Of a stretch of 64,000 nucleotides of DNA, positions 39,710-52,294 are shown in pieces. The notes beneath the pieces are model-generated. The model had not been told where the DNA came from, made no database searches, and saw nothing but the letters and a program-made list of their open reading frames with translations. The DNA is from Octopus vulgaris. Taxonomy: Eukaryota. Positions within the stretch are counted from its first letter, which is position 1. Each line of letters starts with the position of its first letter. Location: positions 151,962,001-152,026,000 of the forward strand of contig OX597817.1 of NCBI GenBank assembly GCA_951406725.2, in the 5' to 3' direction. A program made the position numbers and the translations under genes.

Positions 39710-39953
39710 CATTTCTTAATTCGGATTTGGAAACACTGAAAAGAAAGAACATACCCTTCGGCGACTTATCACCTCAGATGAACCCGTTCAGACTGCCAGT
39801 GCTAACAAATTCAAAATGCGCAAGCGAAGATTCCTGCTCTCCCCTTCCACCCACGTGGGTTATCTAGCAAACATTATATTTTAACGGTGAGAACCGGGGC
39901 AATATGACAGAGAGAAATGAATTATATATCAATTGTTGATATATGTATATATG

Positions 39954-39986
<33 letters not shown>

Positions 39987-40020
39987 GTATATGTATATAT
40001 ATATGTATGTATATATAATG

Positions 40021-40147
40021 GTGAAGTATATTTGCCACTTAAATGTGGCTAACTCCTAAGGGTGGATGCTACTGTAGCTTGTAGCCCAAGCTACAGTAGC
40101 ATCCACCCTTAGGGGTTAGCCACATTTAAGTGGCAAATATACTTCAC
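40021..40147. repeat. Inverted repeat with 61-bp arms (1 mismatch, 5-nt loop) inside (TA)n
   Basis: gtgaagtatatttgccacttaaatgtggctaac...gtagcttg tagcc caagctac...gttagccacatttaagtggcaaatatacttcac. Confidence 0.95.
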
Positions 40148-40932
40148 GATGTCGTGCAGCTACTGTTTATACCTCGCTCAGAGATTTATTATTGCTTATA
40201 TATATATATAATGATTATCATACATTATCGTGCATGTGTAAATATATATATATATATATGATTTGCAAAGATATACATGTATACATAAATACATATATAC
40301 ATACACAGATGCCATGACGGACGCGGGCCCATGCATGTGTATGTGCGTGTATTTGTGTACACATGCATGTTAGCTTGTTTCCACGGCCATTGTTAATCGG
40401 CGCTTGCTTTTATTCTATAGATGTCTCCATTTTGTGCTTCGTTTGAGTAGAATCCAAATGCTCTCCATCGTAGGAATTTTATCACTCACATTTTGCATCT
40501 GTGTGAACAGTCGCTGTTTCCATGTAAGTTTATGCGTATATTCGTGCCTTTGACGTAAACGGACGTGATATATCTGTTAGTTTTCATCTGAATATTTATG
40601 TCTAGCAAATGGAGTCAACACTTAGCAATACAATGACTCCATTACGAATCATAAAACATTCACATAGATATGTAACAGTTATATCACGTCCATTTACACT
40701 AAAGGCACAAATATATGCATAAACGTACATGGATAAAGCGAACCCTTCTGCGCGCACATTGAGATACAAAATAACAAGGTCAACGTCCCTACTTAGAAGA
40801 GCGTTAATTTTGTCCTGCTCGCGTTTGATTGATTGATTGATTAATTGAATGATAGGCATTCAGATAAATAGATAGCAGACACACAGACAAACAGACAGAC
40901 AGAAAGATAGATAAACAGTCAGGAGTGGCTAA

Positions 40933-41101
40933 GCGTAGGAGTGGCTGTGTGGCAGTAGCTTGCTTACAAACCACATGGTTCCGGGTTCAGTCCCACTGCA
41001 TGGCACCTTGGGCAAGTGTCTTCTACTATAGCCTCGGGCCGACCAAAGCCTTGTGAGTGGATTTAGTAGGTGGAAACTGAAAGAAACCCGTCGTATATTT
41101 G

Positions 41102-41153
<52 letters not shown>

Positions 41154-41393
41154 TATATGTAAGTGTGTGTATATGTTTGTGTGTCTGTGTTTGTCCCCAC
41201 AACATCGCTTGACAACCGATGCTGGTGTATTTATGTCACCGTAACTTAGCAGTTCGGCAAAAGGGAACGATAAAATAAGTACTAGGCTTACAAAGAATAA
41301 GTCCTGGGGTCGATTTGCTCGACTAAAGGCGGTGCTCCAGCATGGCCACAGTCAAATGACTGAAACAAGTAAAAGAGTAAAAGAGTAAAAGAG
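40933..41393 (+). mobile_element. SINE family A, consensus-like, with (gtaaaaga)n tail
   Basis: Full copy. Confidence 0.92.
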
Positions 41394-41758
41394 TCAGACA
41401 GATGGTTGATCGTGTATTTTTCTCAGGCTGTTTACAATTTGAGAAAGTTGCATGTGTAGACGATGACCACATTAAAGTTTGTATTTCCAGATATCTTATT
41501 AACCTGCATCGTTACATATAACTTACTGGATAATGTAATGAAGGCAGTGCAAGAAAATTAATCACTGCATATAATTAAAATGTGTTGCTGGATATTACAA
41601 ATAAAAGTTAGTGTCTTTTGTTGACTACGGTATAAACACATAGCTTGAAAATGAAAGAGGAAAGGATAGATTCCCCTAAACGGCTTAGCCGCTTTCTGGT
41701 TAGGTTGAATTTCCTAGTCTTTTTATAATTGTTGACTATATTATTGAAAAAAAATCTC

Positions 41759-42268
41759 GTGGAGGCGCGCGTGGCTTAGTGGTTAGGGTGTCAGCATCAT
41801 GATCGTAAGATTGTAGTTTCGATTCCTGGACCGGGTGACGCGTTGTGTTCTTGAGCAAAACACCTCATTTCACGTTGCTCCAGTCCACTGAGTAACGCTG
41901 CAATGGACTGGCGTCCCATCCAGCTGGGGACCACATACGCCATGGAAACCGGGAAACCTGGCCCATGAGCCTAACTGGGCTTTAAAAAGGGCGCTTTTAA
42001 TGGAGGCGCAATGGCCCAGTGGATAGGGCAGCGGACTCGCGGTCGGAGGATCGCGGTTTCGATTCCCAGACCGGACGTTGAGTTTATTGAGCGAAAACAC
42101 CTAAAAGTCCACGAGGCTCCTGCAGGGGGTGGTGGCGTCACAACTTTCTCTCACTCTCTCTTCCTGTTTCTTGAGTAACGCTGCGATAGACTGGCGTCCT
42201 GGGGAACACATACGCCACAGAAATCGGGAAACCGGGCCCATGAGCCTGGCTAGGCTTGAAAAGGGCGA
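41759..42268 (+). mobile_element. Two adjacent SINE C copies with the gaaaccgggcccatgagcctggctagg tail
   Basis: tRNA-like heads at 41759 and 42001. Confidence 0.85.
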
Positions 42269-43423
42269 CGTTTATCGTTTTATATTATAGAAATTTGAAC
42301 CAAACTATTTGGCGGGAAAACTCGCATACTTCTTTTGAAGATTACCGCCTAATTTATAAGTGATGGTTGGTCGAGCCATACATGTTTAAGCGTTTATATC
42401 TTTTATGGCGACACTTTTACTTTTATGGAAATATCTCGGTTCGTGGTTCTAGACTGAGTAAAACTGACTTCTGGTTCAAATCTCAGCCGGAGTCTCGCCA
42501 CTCTACGAAACCTTGATCTAAGTGGATTGCAAACACAAAATAACAACAGATGAAATAATCGCCTCGTGACACCAGAAACCATCCTCTGCCATGGATGAGA
42601 TGTTTGAACAGGTTTATTTCTGCTTTTGTAGCAAAAGACAAACGATACAATTTCTTGCGAGAAATTGTATCGTTTGTCTTTTCCAAGATAGCAATCTTCT
42701 ACCTGAGTGACGTAACGTGGGTTTTGGCTGCTCTGTACATCAACCAAATTGACTGTCTCCTTCTTTGACCCATAAAGTGCTGGAATTTGCACTTACATAG
42801 CATGAACTGCTGAGCACATTTTATGGAAATGAGAAACCATGCACACATAAAAAACAAAAAATAGTTAAAATATCTTCTTAGTAAATAATGGTGGCAAGTT
42901 TTACATCATCTGAAAAGTCATTAGTTGAACTATTAGTCCTCTTGCATTCTGGGGGATGTCGGAGTGTTTGAGAGACATTAGACCCCCAACAAACGCCCAT
43001 AAATTAAATGTATCTATCTGGGGCACGATCGTGACCCGTCGCGCTTTATGTGTTTACATACCTTCAAATTGTTTGTCCCCCACACACGTGCGTACACAGA
43101 CAAATACTCTCTCCCTCCTCCCCACTTTCTCTCTTTCCGAAATGACCACTTTGTATGGTCCGCATACTCCACACACCTCATGCCAGGCCATTAGCCTCCC
43201 CTAAATATTCGTAGATAGTCATTCATCTTATCCATCTTTTTGGTGTTTTGTTTATACTCTGCTGGAATGCTTGCAATACACGCTAACGAAGTGTGTGGAC
43301 GCATGCGTGCGTTTACTTCAAGAAAATATATCACAGAAAGAATGGTTACTTTTGTGTTGCTTTCATATGTTCTTAAGGTAGTAATTTCCCAATTTAACTT
43401 TAAGTGGTTTCTTTGCATTACAG

Positions 43424-43475
43424 GTGACAATACCTTTAAACATTACAAGTGCAGCAGTTATCCAATTTTCACTTT
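43424..43475 (+). CDS. RELN: Reelin coding exon 6
   Basis: Acceptor ttacag. Encodes VTIPLNITSAAVIQFSL vs Reelin ITTGLNTTTASVLQFSI. Donor gtaagt; 52 nt, phases 0/1. Confidence 0.92.
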
Positions 43476-44572
43476 GTAAGTATTTCTTAATCATTTATTT
43501 TCTCTAATTTCCTTTACAAGAGAAAATTTTAAAGATTTTTTAAGTCTTTTGTTTTCGCTCTTAATTTTCCGAGTCGTTCTGTCCTTCTGTGCTGTCATAA
43601 CATAAATTCTACCAGGTCGTTTAAATAAACTATCTGATATTCCAAGAGACAGATTGTGATATGCATGTTCAAAACGTTCCCAAAATTGTCACGAAACAAC
43701 GAATGGATTTGACAATTAACAACGTGATTTATTCTGAAAGCTTATAAAATTTTACACACATTAATAATTTAGCTACGTTGAAAGTCTTGAGCTGACAGAA
43801 TCGTTAGCACACCGAACAAAAGGTGTCCTGAGTTCAAATTTCGCCGAGGTCGAATTTGCCTGTCATCTCTTTCAGCGTCAATAAAATAGGTACCAGTTGA
43901 GCACTAGAGTCGATGCAATTGGCTTACTCCTTTCCCAAGAGCTTACTGACCTAGTGCTAAAATCTGAAATCAATATTTATTACTTCATGAAGCTGGCCAC
44001 TTACACAGCAGCACCAAGCCAACTTTGAAGGTGGTTCCTTGGTTGTTATTTTAGTGATGTAACTACACTTTTTCTAATAGGTTTCGCAGGTTCTGGACTA
44101 TTTTAACAAGATTACAGTATCATTTAATACATAACATTAATATCATCATCTTTTAACGTCCATCGTCTACATGGTATACGTTGGACGGTTAAATACAATT
44201 CGACGGATCCGAGAATTGCATAGTGCTCCGTTGCATGTTTTTGGTATGGTTTCTATAGCTGGTTGCTCTTCCTAACACCAAGCACTTTACAGAGTGTATT
44301 GGACTTTGTACAAGATGAGAGGTTTTAAGTCTGACGAAATTAGTGAGAACAGAAGGTTTCTAGCATCAGAGGAGCTGCATGGTTATTCATATTCCAGAAG
44401 ACTGAGTGATCCACCATATATATATGATAATATGACATGCACACTTATCAGGCCTGGGACCTGGAGGTGCTTCAGAATATTCTAGGTGAGCACTAATTTG
44501 TATTGTGGGAAGATTTTTGTAAACTGTATTTTCTAAATCTGAAGATGCAGCATTGAATAGTGAAGGGACATT

Positions 44573-44808
44573 ACCTATTTCTTTATTACCTACAAGGGGC
44601 TAAACACAGAGGGGACAAACAAGGACAGACATAGGTATTAAGTCGATTACATTGACCCCAGTGCGTAACTGGTACTTAATTTATCGACCCCGAAAGGATG
44701 AAAGACAAATTCGACCTCGGCGGAATTTGAACTCACAACGTAACGGCAGACTAAATACCGCTAAGCATTTCGCCCGGCGTGCTGACGTTTCTGCCAGTTC
44801 TCTCCTTA
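44573..44808 (-). mobile_element. SINE family B
   Basis: Full copy. Confidence 0.88.
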
Positions 44809-44925
44809 ACGATGGGAATGATTTTTTATGTGTAGGTAAAATACAGCCCCGTTATTTATAATGCATTGATTGAAGTCAAAACAAAATTGTGTTATTTGCT
44901 TACTGCTTCTTTTCCTTACATTCAG

Positions 44926-45025
44926 CTTCTGGAAATTGTACTAATGTCGGTCCTGTTGACAATGATATTGTGTTTTCCTATGGCATTAATGCCTGTTCCA
45001 ATTGGGTTGAAATCGAAAGAATTCC
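44926..45025 (+). CDS. RELN: Reelin coding exon 7
   Basis: Acceptor ttccttacattcag. Encodes (S)SGNCTNVGPVDNDIVFSYGINACSNWVEIERI(P) vs Reelin [32 protein letters not shown]. Donor gtaagt; phases 1/2. Confidence 0.9.
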
Positions 45026-46848
45026 GTAAGTTATATATTTTTTTAATACTATAATTTTCAGCACCAAATCTAGTTTCCTTGCTTTCATTCTGAATCATAA
45101 ATCCAATATATAATGGTTTATTGACTTCGTACTAAAAAATTAGACCTTTCAGATGAAGCTGAGAAATAGTTTCAAGAATTTTGTTGAGTTCCTCAAACCG
45201 GGTCGACATTTATTTCAACAAATTTTGAACATTTCATCAATCCAGCTAATATATCTCTTTTCATTCTCATTTTCATTTCCTCTGAATTATCCTGATGTCA
45301 ACTATAATCTGCTCCTTATATTTCATGAGAGGGATCTAGCATTAATTTTGCCGACAAAATGAGTTCGTTTTATACCTTTCTGTTATTTTATATTTGAATT
45401 ATTTACCTTGATTTATTGTGTGCAATATCGTGGCGATACTACTTTGTATAAATTGAACCTCTTTGGGGTTTTTACTTTTCTTTTTATACTTCTTTCTCAA
45501 ATTAAATCCCATTTTTGTCATTTATAATTATGAAAACCTCAACTACTTCTTGAAATTGATAATCAACTGCAAGTGGTGCAGTACAGGTTCTCCAAATCTA
45601 TAAATTTCTCGTAATTTCTCTATTCAAGCTTATGGATAAATAAACAACACATTCAGGCGGTACAGTTCAGATTAAATTGTCAACAAGCGACTTTTCAGAT
45701 TCTGGTTTATCGTCTATAATATGCCAAGATATAATGGATTGTTTAATTAGAAACTGAAGATTCAGAGTTGAACTTTCGGGAGATAATATTTAATCACTAG
45801 CATAGCTGTGGGAGGGTCCGCCCCGGGCGGCACTTTTCATCCTGTTGTAAGCTATTGTAGACAATATGTGTTTTTTGTGGGGTCCGGGGGCAGCAAACGG
45901 AAGGGTTGCCCCGAGCGGCACACACTGTAGCTTCGCTAGTATGTTTTATTGCAGGTGTAAAGATGTTCATAATATAAAAATATACGAAACTTAATAGGAA
46001 ATTCGAAATATGAAACTATTGATATGACTTAAATGTTTTTCTGATACGATAGTTTTGCTATATTGTGAAGATGACAGGACGGATTACAACTTTAATATGT
46101 CAAAAAGCCTCTTAACAAATGGAGGCTAAAGTGACTTTTTACGCACGCGGTCAGAGCATAATAGTTTCTGCTCCTTGAAGCAAATGTATATATGTGTGTG
46201 TACTCATAACTATATCATTTATACTGTTAAATATGCAATAGAAATATATATCTATGAGAGAGAAAGAGAGATGCTTAGTCAGTGGAACAGAAATACTGTT
46301 TGTTGTCGAATCAAAATTTATAGCAGCAAAAAAAATTAACGTAAATAACTTGTGTTTTCAAATCAGTAAAAATTATTTCGTTGAGAAAATGCTTTCTCGT
46401 TCTGTGAAAGTGTCTCGTGATTTAACCTATTCTACAGAAGCTGACCCCCAGTCTATGGCTATTTAAGAGCCATTGAGCATATGTAATATTACAGATTACC
46501 ATGGTTACCAATGGAAGAAGACTGAACAGATTTTGACTTACTTAATATTGGTTCAGTAAACTACTTATTTCTAATTAACTGAAATTTCTGATCGATAAAA
46601 TAACACGCTCGACGGCGGTGAATCTAAATTGATCCCAAATTCTATTTAATCTGCTAAATGTTCTGATTGATTAAAATAACTCTGAAGAACTCATGGATAC
46701 ACATTGATCAACTCACACATCTGGAAAACTGCAGCCTTTTTTTTTAAAGGCACGCCAGAAAGAAGCACTCAATGTGCAAATATGCCAGTAGTAGTCGCAG
46801 ACTGTGGTAAAAGTCATGGCCTTGTTGGAACAGATGTATTAGATATTG

Positions 46849-47184
46849 GGGATTTTTTCACTTTGACCGGCAGATTTTTAAAATAATTTTTTTGTAACTA
46901 AACACTTTTAAACTTCGTATACTGGTAGAATGTGTCACATAAAACATCTTTTTCTCTTGGCTTTCTTGAGAAAATTCTGTAGTTTGTAAGCTATTTGTTG
47001 TTAAATTTCTCGTATTTCGGCAATTTCAACTAATCAATGACGTCTATTGAGGTGAATACAATTACTGCTGTTGTTTGTCAACAAGAATTTCCGGCGGTGT
47101 ATATTTCATTTGTCAACGAAGTTTAAAAGTGTTTAGTTACAAAAAATTATTTTTTAAATCTGCCGTTCAAAGTGAAAAGATCTC
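46849..47184. mobile_element. MITE with ~70-bp TIRs (same family as 38015-38250)
   Basis: ttttcactttgaccggcagatttttaaaataat...aaacacttttaaacttcgt vs acgaagtttaaaagtgttt...aaatctgccgttcaaagtgaaaa. Confidence 0.85.
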
Positions 47185-47421
47185 AACACTGTAATCTTAA
47201 GAGACGTGATTTGTGGAAATGTGCATAGCAATGCATTAAATGTTTATAAATTTCATGCAAGAATTATTGTTATTACTACATTTATCCTACATTATATCAG
47301 TACAGCTCAATGCAACTCCAGAAAACTTGTTCACCAATCAGCGTCATGAGACATAATGGAACAGGAGCTTTATTTGCATATTCAAAACGTTTCCCATAAA
47401 CAAATTTAAAAGATATATATA

Positions 47422-47790
47422 TGCATAGGAGTGGCTGTATGGTAAGTAGCTTGCTTACCAACCACATGGTTCTGGGTTCAGTCCCAGTGCATGGCACCTT
47501 GGGCAAATGTCTTCTACTATAGCCTCGGGCCGACCAAAGCCTTGTGAGTAGATTTGGTAGACGGAAACTGAAAGAAGCCCATAGTATTTATGTGTGTCTG
47601 TGTTTGTCTCCCCACCATCACTTGACAATCGATGCTGGTGTGTTCACATACCTGTAGCTTAGTGGTTCAGCAAAAGAGACCGATAGAATAAGTACTAGGC
47701 TTACAAAGAATAAGTCCTGGGGTGGAGTTGCTCGTCTAAAGGCAGTGATCTAACATGGCCACAGTCAAATGACTGAAACATGTAAAAGAG
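47422..47790 (+). mobile_element. SINE family A
   Basis: Full copy. Confidence 0.88.
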
Positions 47791-48717
47791 TATGTGTATG
47801 TGAACTGAACTGAACTGAACTGGAGCAATTTGAAATAAAGTGTCTTGCTCAAGGACACAACGTGTCACCGGAAATTGAACTCATAACCTTACAGTCATGA
47901 GCCAAATGCCCTAACCACTAAGCCACGTGCCTTCACTCAGCTGGCAAAAATGAGTAGTACCTGTATTTCAAAGGACCAACCTTGTCACACTGGATCTCCC
48001 TGAGAACTTCATTAAGGGTACATGTCTGTGGAGTGCTCAGCAACTTGCGCATTAATTTCACAAGCAAGTTGTTCCATTGATCGTATCAACTAGGACCCCT
48101 GTTGTCATAACCAATGGAGTGCTCCTTTTATGTATATATGTATATTCCTTATTCCTTTATGTGTCCAAGCTCAAAGGTTGTTACCATACTGAGACTCAAC
48201 CATTAAATTAAAAAAATAAAATAAATGCGCCCTTTTAAAGCCTAGCCGGTCTCATGGGCCCGATTTCCCAGTTTCAGTGGTGTATGTATTCCCTAGCTGG
48301 ACAAGACGCCAGTCCATCGCAGTGTTACTCATTTTTGCCAGCTGAGTGAACTGGAGCAACATGAAATGAAGTGTTTTGGTCAAGAACACGACGCATCGCC
48401 CGGTCCAGGAATCAAAACCACAATCTTACGATCATGATGCTGACACCCTAACCACTAAGCCACGTGCCTCCACCAGCCATTAAATACCAAACACTTTGCC
48501 TATGGCACCTGTTTCCCAAGTGGTTACCATTACAATTACCAACAAGGCTCAACGTTGCTTAGTCTCATTGATCAAACATGAACCCTATTTTCAACGTGAT
48601 ATGGCTGTAAATACCTATATCAAATTTTATATTGTGTGTTTAATATTTCATGTTGTGACTATTGTATATCAGACATACTTGATCTCTAATATTTATTTAA
48701 TTTTTTTTTAATTTTAG

Positions 48718-49021
48718 AGCACCAAATAGTTCTAAAACTATAACACATCTTGTAAGAATACCTGTTGAAGCACGTCAAAATGATGTCTGTCTAAGCTGGT
48801 CACAGGAACCAGTTACATCTGTAGAAACTCAAGTAAAAAAACAGGTTCTAAAAAAGAAGGCAATCACTCTTCTTAAAAATATAACTTTAGCTCACACAAA
48901 CTGTTGGGCAATGGACAATGTGTTGATACCAAATTTGGCACATATACCTGCTAAAATTGAAGAGACTTTTGAACCAATTTCAACCGATGATTGGCTTTTC
49001 TTTCCAGGTGCAAAACTTGGA
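48718..49021 (+). CDS. RELN: Reelin coding exon 8
   Basis: Acceptor attttag. Encodes APNSSKTITHLVRIPVEARQNDVCLSWSQ...CWAMDNVLIPNLAHIPAKIEETFEPISTDDWLFFPGAKLG vs Reelin APSNVSTIIHILYLPEDAK...CWALDNILIINSAH...DPVDTGNWLFFPGATVK. Donor gtaagt; phases 2/0. Confidence 0.94.
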
Positions 49022-49208
49022 GTAAGTATTCTTTTCATGTTTTACATTATTATTATTTATTTATTCATTGCCCACAAGGAGCTAAACATAGAGGAAACAA
49101 ATAAGGACAGACAAAAGGATTAAGACTGGGATTGATGCAATCAATTAGCCACCCACCCTACCCCAAAATTTCAAGCCTTGTGCCTATAGTAGAAAGGATT
49201 ATTATTAT

Positions 49209-49754
49209 TGAGTGAGAGGGCAGTGCATGCCATCAAAGTGACTCTGGGGTAAAATATATATGAAGCCCAGTATACCCATCATGACTATCTGTCTGATAAG
49301 GATACACCAGGCACATGCATCACAACCATATGTGTGCGACATGGTGGTCTCATATCAAGATAAACAGCACATGACCTTGCAGGTGGAGCCCAGTTAGAAT
49401 TTTCTTCTGGTCAAGTAGCTCAAAAGGTCCCTGAATAAGGATTAAGGATGTTGAACAAACCACCCATGTTTCCAAAGAAGAATTATCCAAACCCCAAAGA
49501 ATTCCTCTCAACACATGGCTATGATGCTCCCCCACTACTTCTGCTCATGATTAGAGATGCACATACCATCGGCCACTAAAGGACATGTTCAACTGGTAAT
49601 GGTCAAACAATTGACAAGCAAATCTCTGGTATTGAGCAAAATATTTGCTGTAGCCCATCTTTTATACCAAGACAAAACAATGTACATGATAACACCTCCA
49701 ATCAGTTAAGAGCAGAAGCCATGAGAGCCACTGTCTGGTACTGCATCAGGGCAT
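49209..49754. mobile_element. ~550-bp non-coding interspersed element between (ATT)n tracts, copy 1
   Basis: tgagtgagag...gtactgcatcagggca; repeated at 50229-50785 and partly at 50820-50925. Confidence 0.8.
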
Positions 49755-49973
49755 TTATTATTATAATTATTATTATTATTAAGGCGGTGAGCTGGCAGAA
49801 TAGTTAGAACGCTGAGCAAAGTGCTTAGCAGTATTTCGCCTGTTGTTATGTTCTGAGTTCAAATTGCACCAAGGTTGATTTTTACCTTTCTCCCTTTCAG
49901 AGTCAATAAATTAAGTACCAGTGAAACACTGGGGGTCGATGTAATTGAATCTTCAGGCCTTGTGCCTTTAGTA

Positions 49974-50004
<31 letters not shown>

Positions 50005-50228
50005 CAAACTGACAGAACTGTTTACACACCAGGTAAAATGCATTTTATCCATCTTTACATTAGGAGTTTAAATTCTGCCACGGTTGACTATGCCCTTCAT
50101 CTTTTCGAAGATCAATAGAATAAGGACTATTTGAGCACTGGGGTTGATGTAATTGACTAGTTAGTCACCTCCCCACAGATTTCAGGCTTTGTGCCTATAG
50201 AAGAAATGATTATTATTATTATCATTAC

Positions 50229-50785
50229 TGAGTGAGAGAGCAGCACATGCCATCAAACTGACACTGGGGTACAATTATACGAAGCCCAATATACCCATCA
50301 TGACTACTCATCTGATAAGGACACACCAGGCACATACATCACAGCCACATGTGAGCGACATGGTGATCTCATATCAAGATAAACAGCACATGACCTTGCA
50401 GGTGGAGCCCAGTTAGAATTTTCTTCGAGTTGAGTAGCCCACCACACTCAAAAGGTCCTTGAATAAGGTTTGCTTAAGGATGATGAACGAAACACCCACG
50501 TTTCCAGAGATGAATTATTCAAACCCCAAAGAATTCCTCTCAACACATGGCTATGATGCTCCCCCACTATTTCTGCTCTTAATCAGAGATTCACATATTG
50601 TCAGCCACCAAGGTACATGCTCAACTGGGTAAGGTCAAACAATTGACAAACAAATCTCTGGTATTGAGCAGAATATTTGCTGTAGCCCATCTTTTATACC
50701 AAGACAAAACAACGTACATGATATCACTTCCAATCAGTTAAGAGCAGAAGCCATGAGAGCTACTGTCTGGTACTGCATCAGGGCA
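50229..50785. mobile_element. ~550-bp non-coding interspersed element between (ATT)n tracts, copy 2
   Basis: Direct repeat of 49209-49754 with scattered substitutions. Confidence 0.8.
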
Positions 50786-51396
50786 TTTATTATTATTATC
50801 ATTATTATTATTATTATTAAGTGAGAGAGCAGCACATGCCATCAAACTGACACTGCGGTACAATTATACGAAGCCCAATATACCCATCATGACTACTTGT
50901 CTGATAAGGATACACCAGGCACATGATTCAAATCAGCTAAGATCAGAAACATCGGGGCTATTATTCAACTGGCAGAATCGCTAGCATGCCAGGTGAAATG
51001 CTTAGTGGTATTTCAACTCTTATGTTCTGAGCTCAAATTCCACTGAAGTCGACTTTGCCTTTCATCCTTTCGGAGTGGATAAATTAAGTACCAGTGAAAC
51101 ACTGGGATCAATGTAATTGACTTAATCCCTTCCCACAAGCTGCCCTTGTGGCAAAAATTTGAAATCCTTATTATTATTATTCAGCTGGCAGAATCATTAG
51201 CACGCTGGATGAAATGCTTAACAGTATTTCACCCTTCACTATGTTCTCAGTTCAAATTCGGCTGAGGCTGACTTTATCTTTCCTTATTTCGGGGTCGATA
51301 AATTAAGAACCAGTTGAACACTGGGATCAATGTAATCAACACATTCCTTTCCCCCAAAATGGCTGCCCATGTGGCAAAATTCAAAACCATTATTAA

Positions 51397-51452
<56 letters not shown>

Positions 51453-51888
51453 CTTTAGGGGTTGATAAAATAAGTACCAGTTTCGTACTGGGGTCGATGT
51501 AATTGACTAACCCTCTTCCCCAAAATTCCAGGCCTTGTGCCTATAGTAGAAAGGATCACTATTATTATTGAGACAAAGCCCACGGTCTTTCAGCTCAAAA
51601 GAACAAGGGCTGATTATAGTTAAAGAAGTTAATTTTTCAAACAAGTGAAAATTAATAGGGAATACGAGAGCACAAGAAAAGGTCCCAAACCAATAGATTT
51701 GTACATGGGAAGTTAGCTGGGATTGACAGAAACATTGGTGGATGAAAGCTATGCATGAATAAAATTAGTTTGGAAGAATAACCATCTCACAGAGATAGTA
51801 TTCATATAAAGCAAAAATTTTGTATTTCTGTTTCTGCATTCTTACATTAAAACTATAGAGAAATATATGTTTTTAATTATTATTTCAG

Positions 51889-52040
51889 CATAAATGTCGA
51901 TCACAAGGGGATGCTATGTATTTCGACAGCAATCAACAACATAGCTATGTTGTTAGTCAAGATGTGGATCTTTCTGACTTCTCTCCTCACCAGGATTTAA
52001 CATTGGTAGAAGACTTTGAAGGGAATATTACAAGAACAAA
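51889..52040 (+). CDS. RELN: Reelin coding exon 9
   Basis: Acceptor tatttcag. Encodes HKCRSQGDAMYFDSNQQHSYVVSQDVDLSDFSPHQDLTLVEDFEGNITRT vs Reelin HSCQSDGNSIYF...TTRDVDLS...EEFE. Donor gtaagg; phases 0/2. Confidence 0.93.
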
Positions 52041-52089
52041 GTAAGGAGCAGAAAACATGTTTTTGTTTTTTTCAAAGCCTTCTAGTTTA

Positions 52090-52294
52090 TGCAGTGTGGA
52101 AGGTGTTTATAAGCCATTTAACAAACACACAAAAACCGTTAGATTCACTGAGATGCAGCACGGAGTTTTGTCAATGAACAGGTCACGGTCTCAAAGCGAC
52201 AAAAATATTTTGACAAATTAAATTTAAATATTGAAGTGAATCTAACAGTTTTTGTATGTATTTTAAATGGCTTTTAAACACCTTCCACGCTGCA
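52090..52294. repeat. Inverted repeat with ~60-bp arms, 50 nt downstream of exon 9
   Basis: tgcagtgtggaaggtgtttataagccattt...gttagattcact vs agtgaatctaac...aaatggcttttaaacaccttccacgctgca. Confidence 0.88.

Noticed and set aside
42403-42792. 129-aa minus-strand ORF as a possible nested gene
   Set aside because: Non-ATG start, no recognisable domain and no convincing splice signals; part resembles a decayed repeat.
48833-48890. GT...AG segment inside exon 8 that could be a small intron explaining the lysine-rich insert
   Set aside because: Its 58 nt, and the other GT options to the same AG (46, 70, 79, 92 nt), are not multiples of 3, while the unspliced exon is open and in frame.
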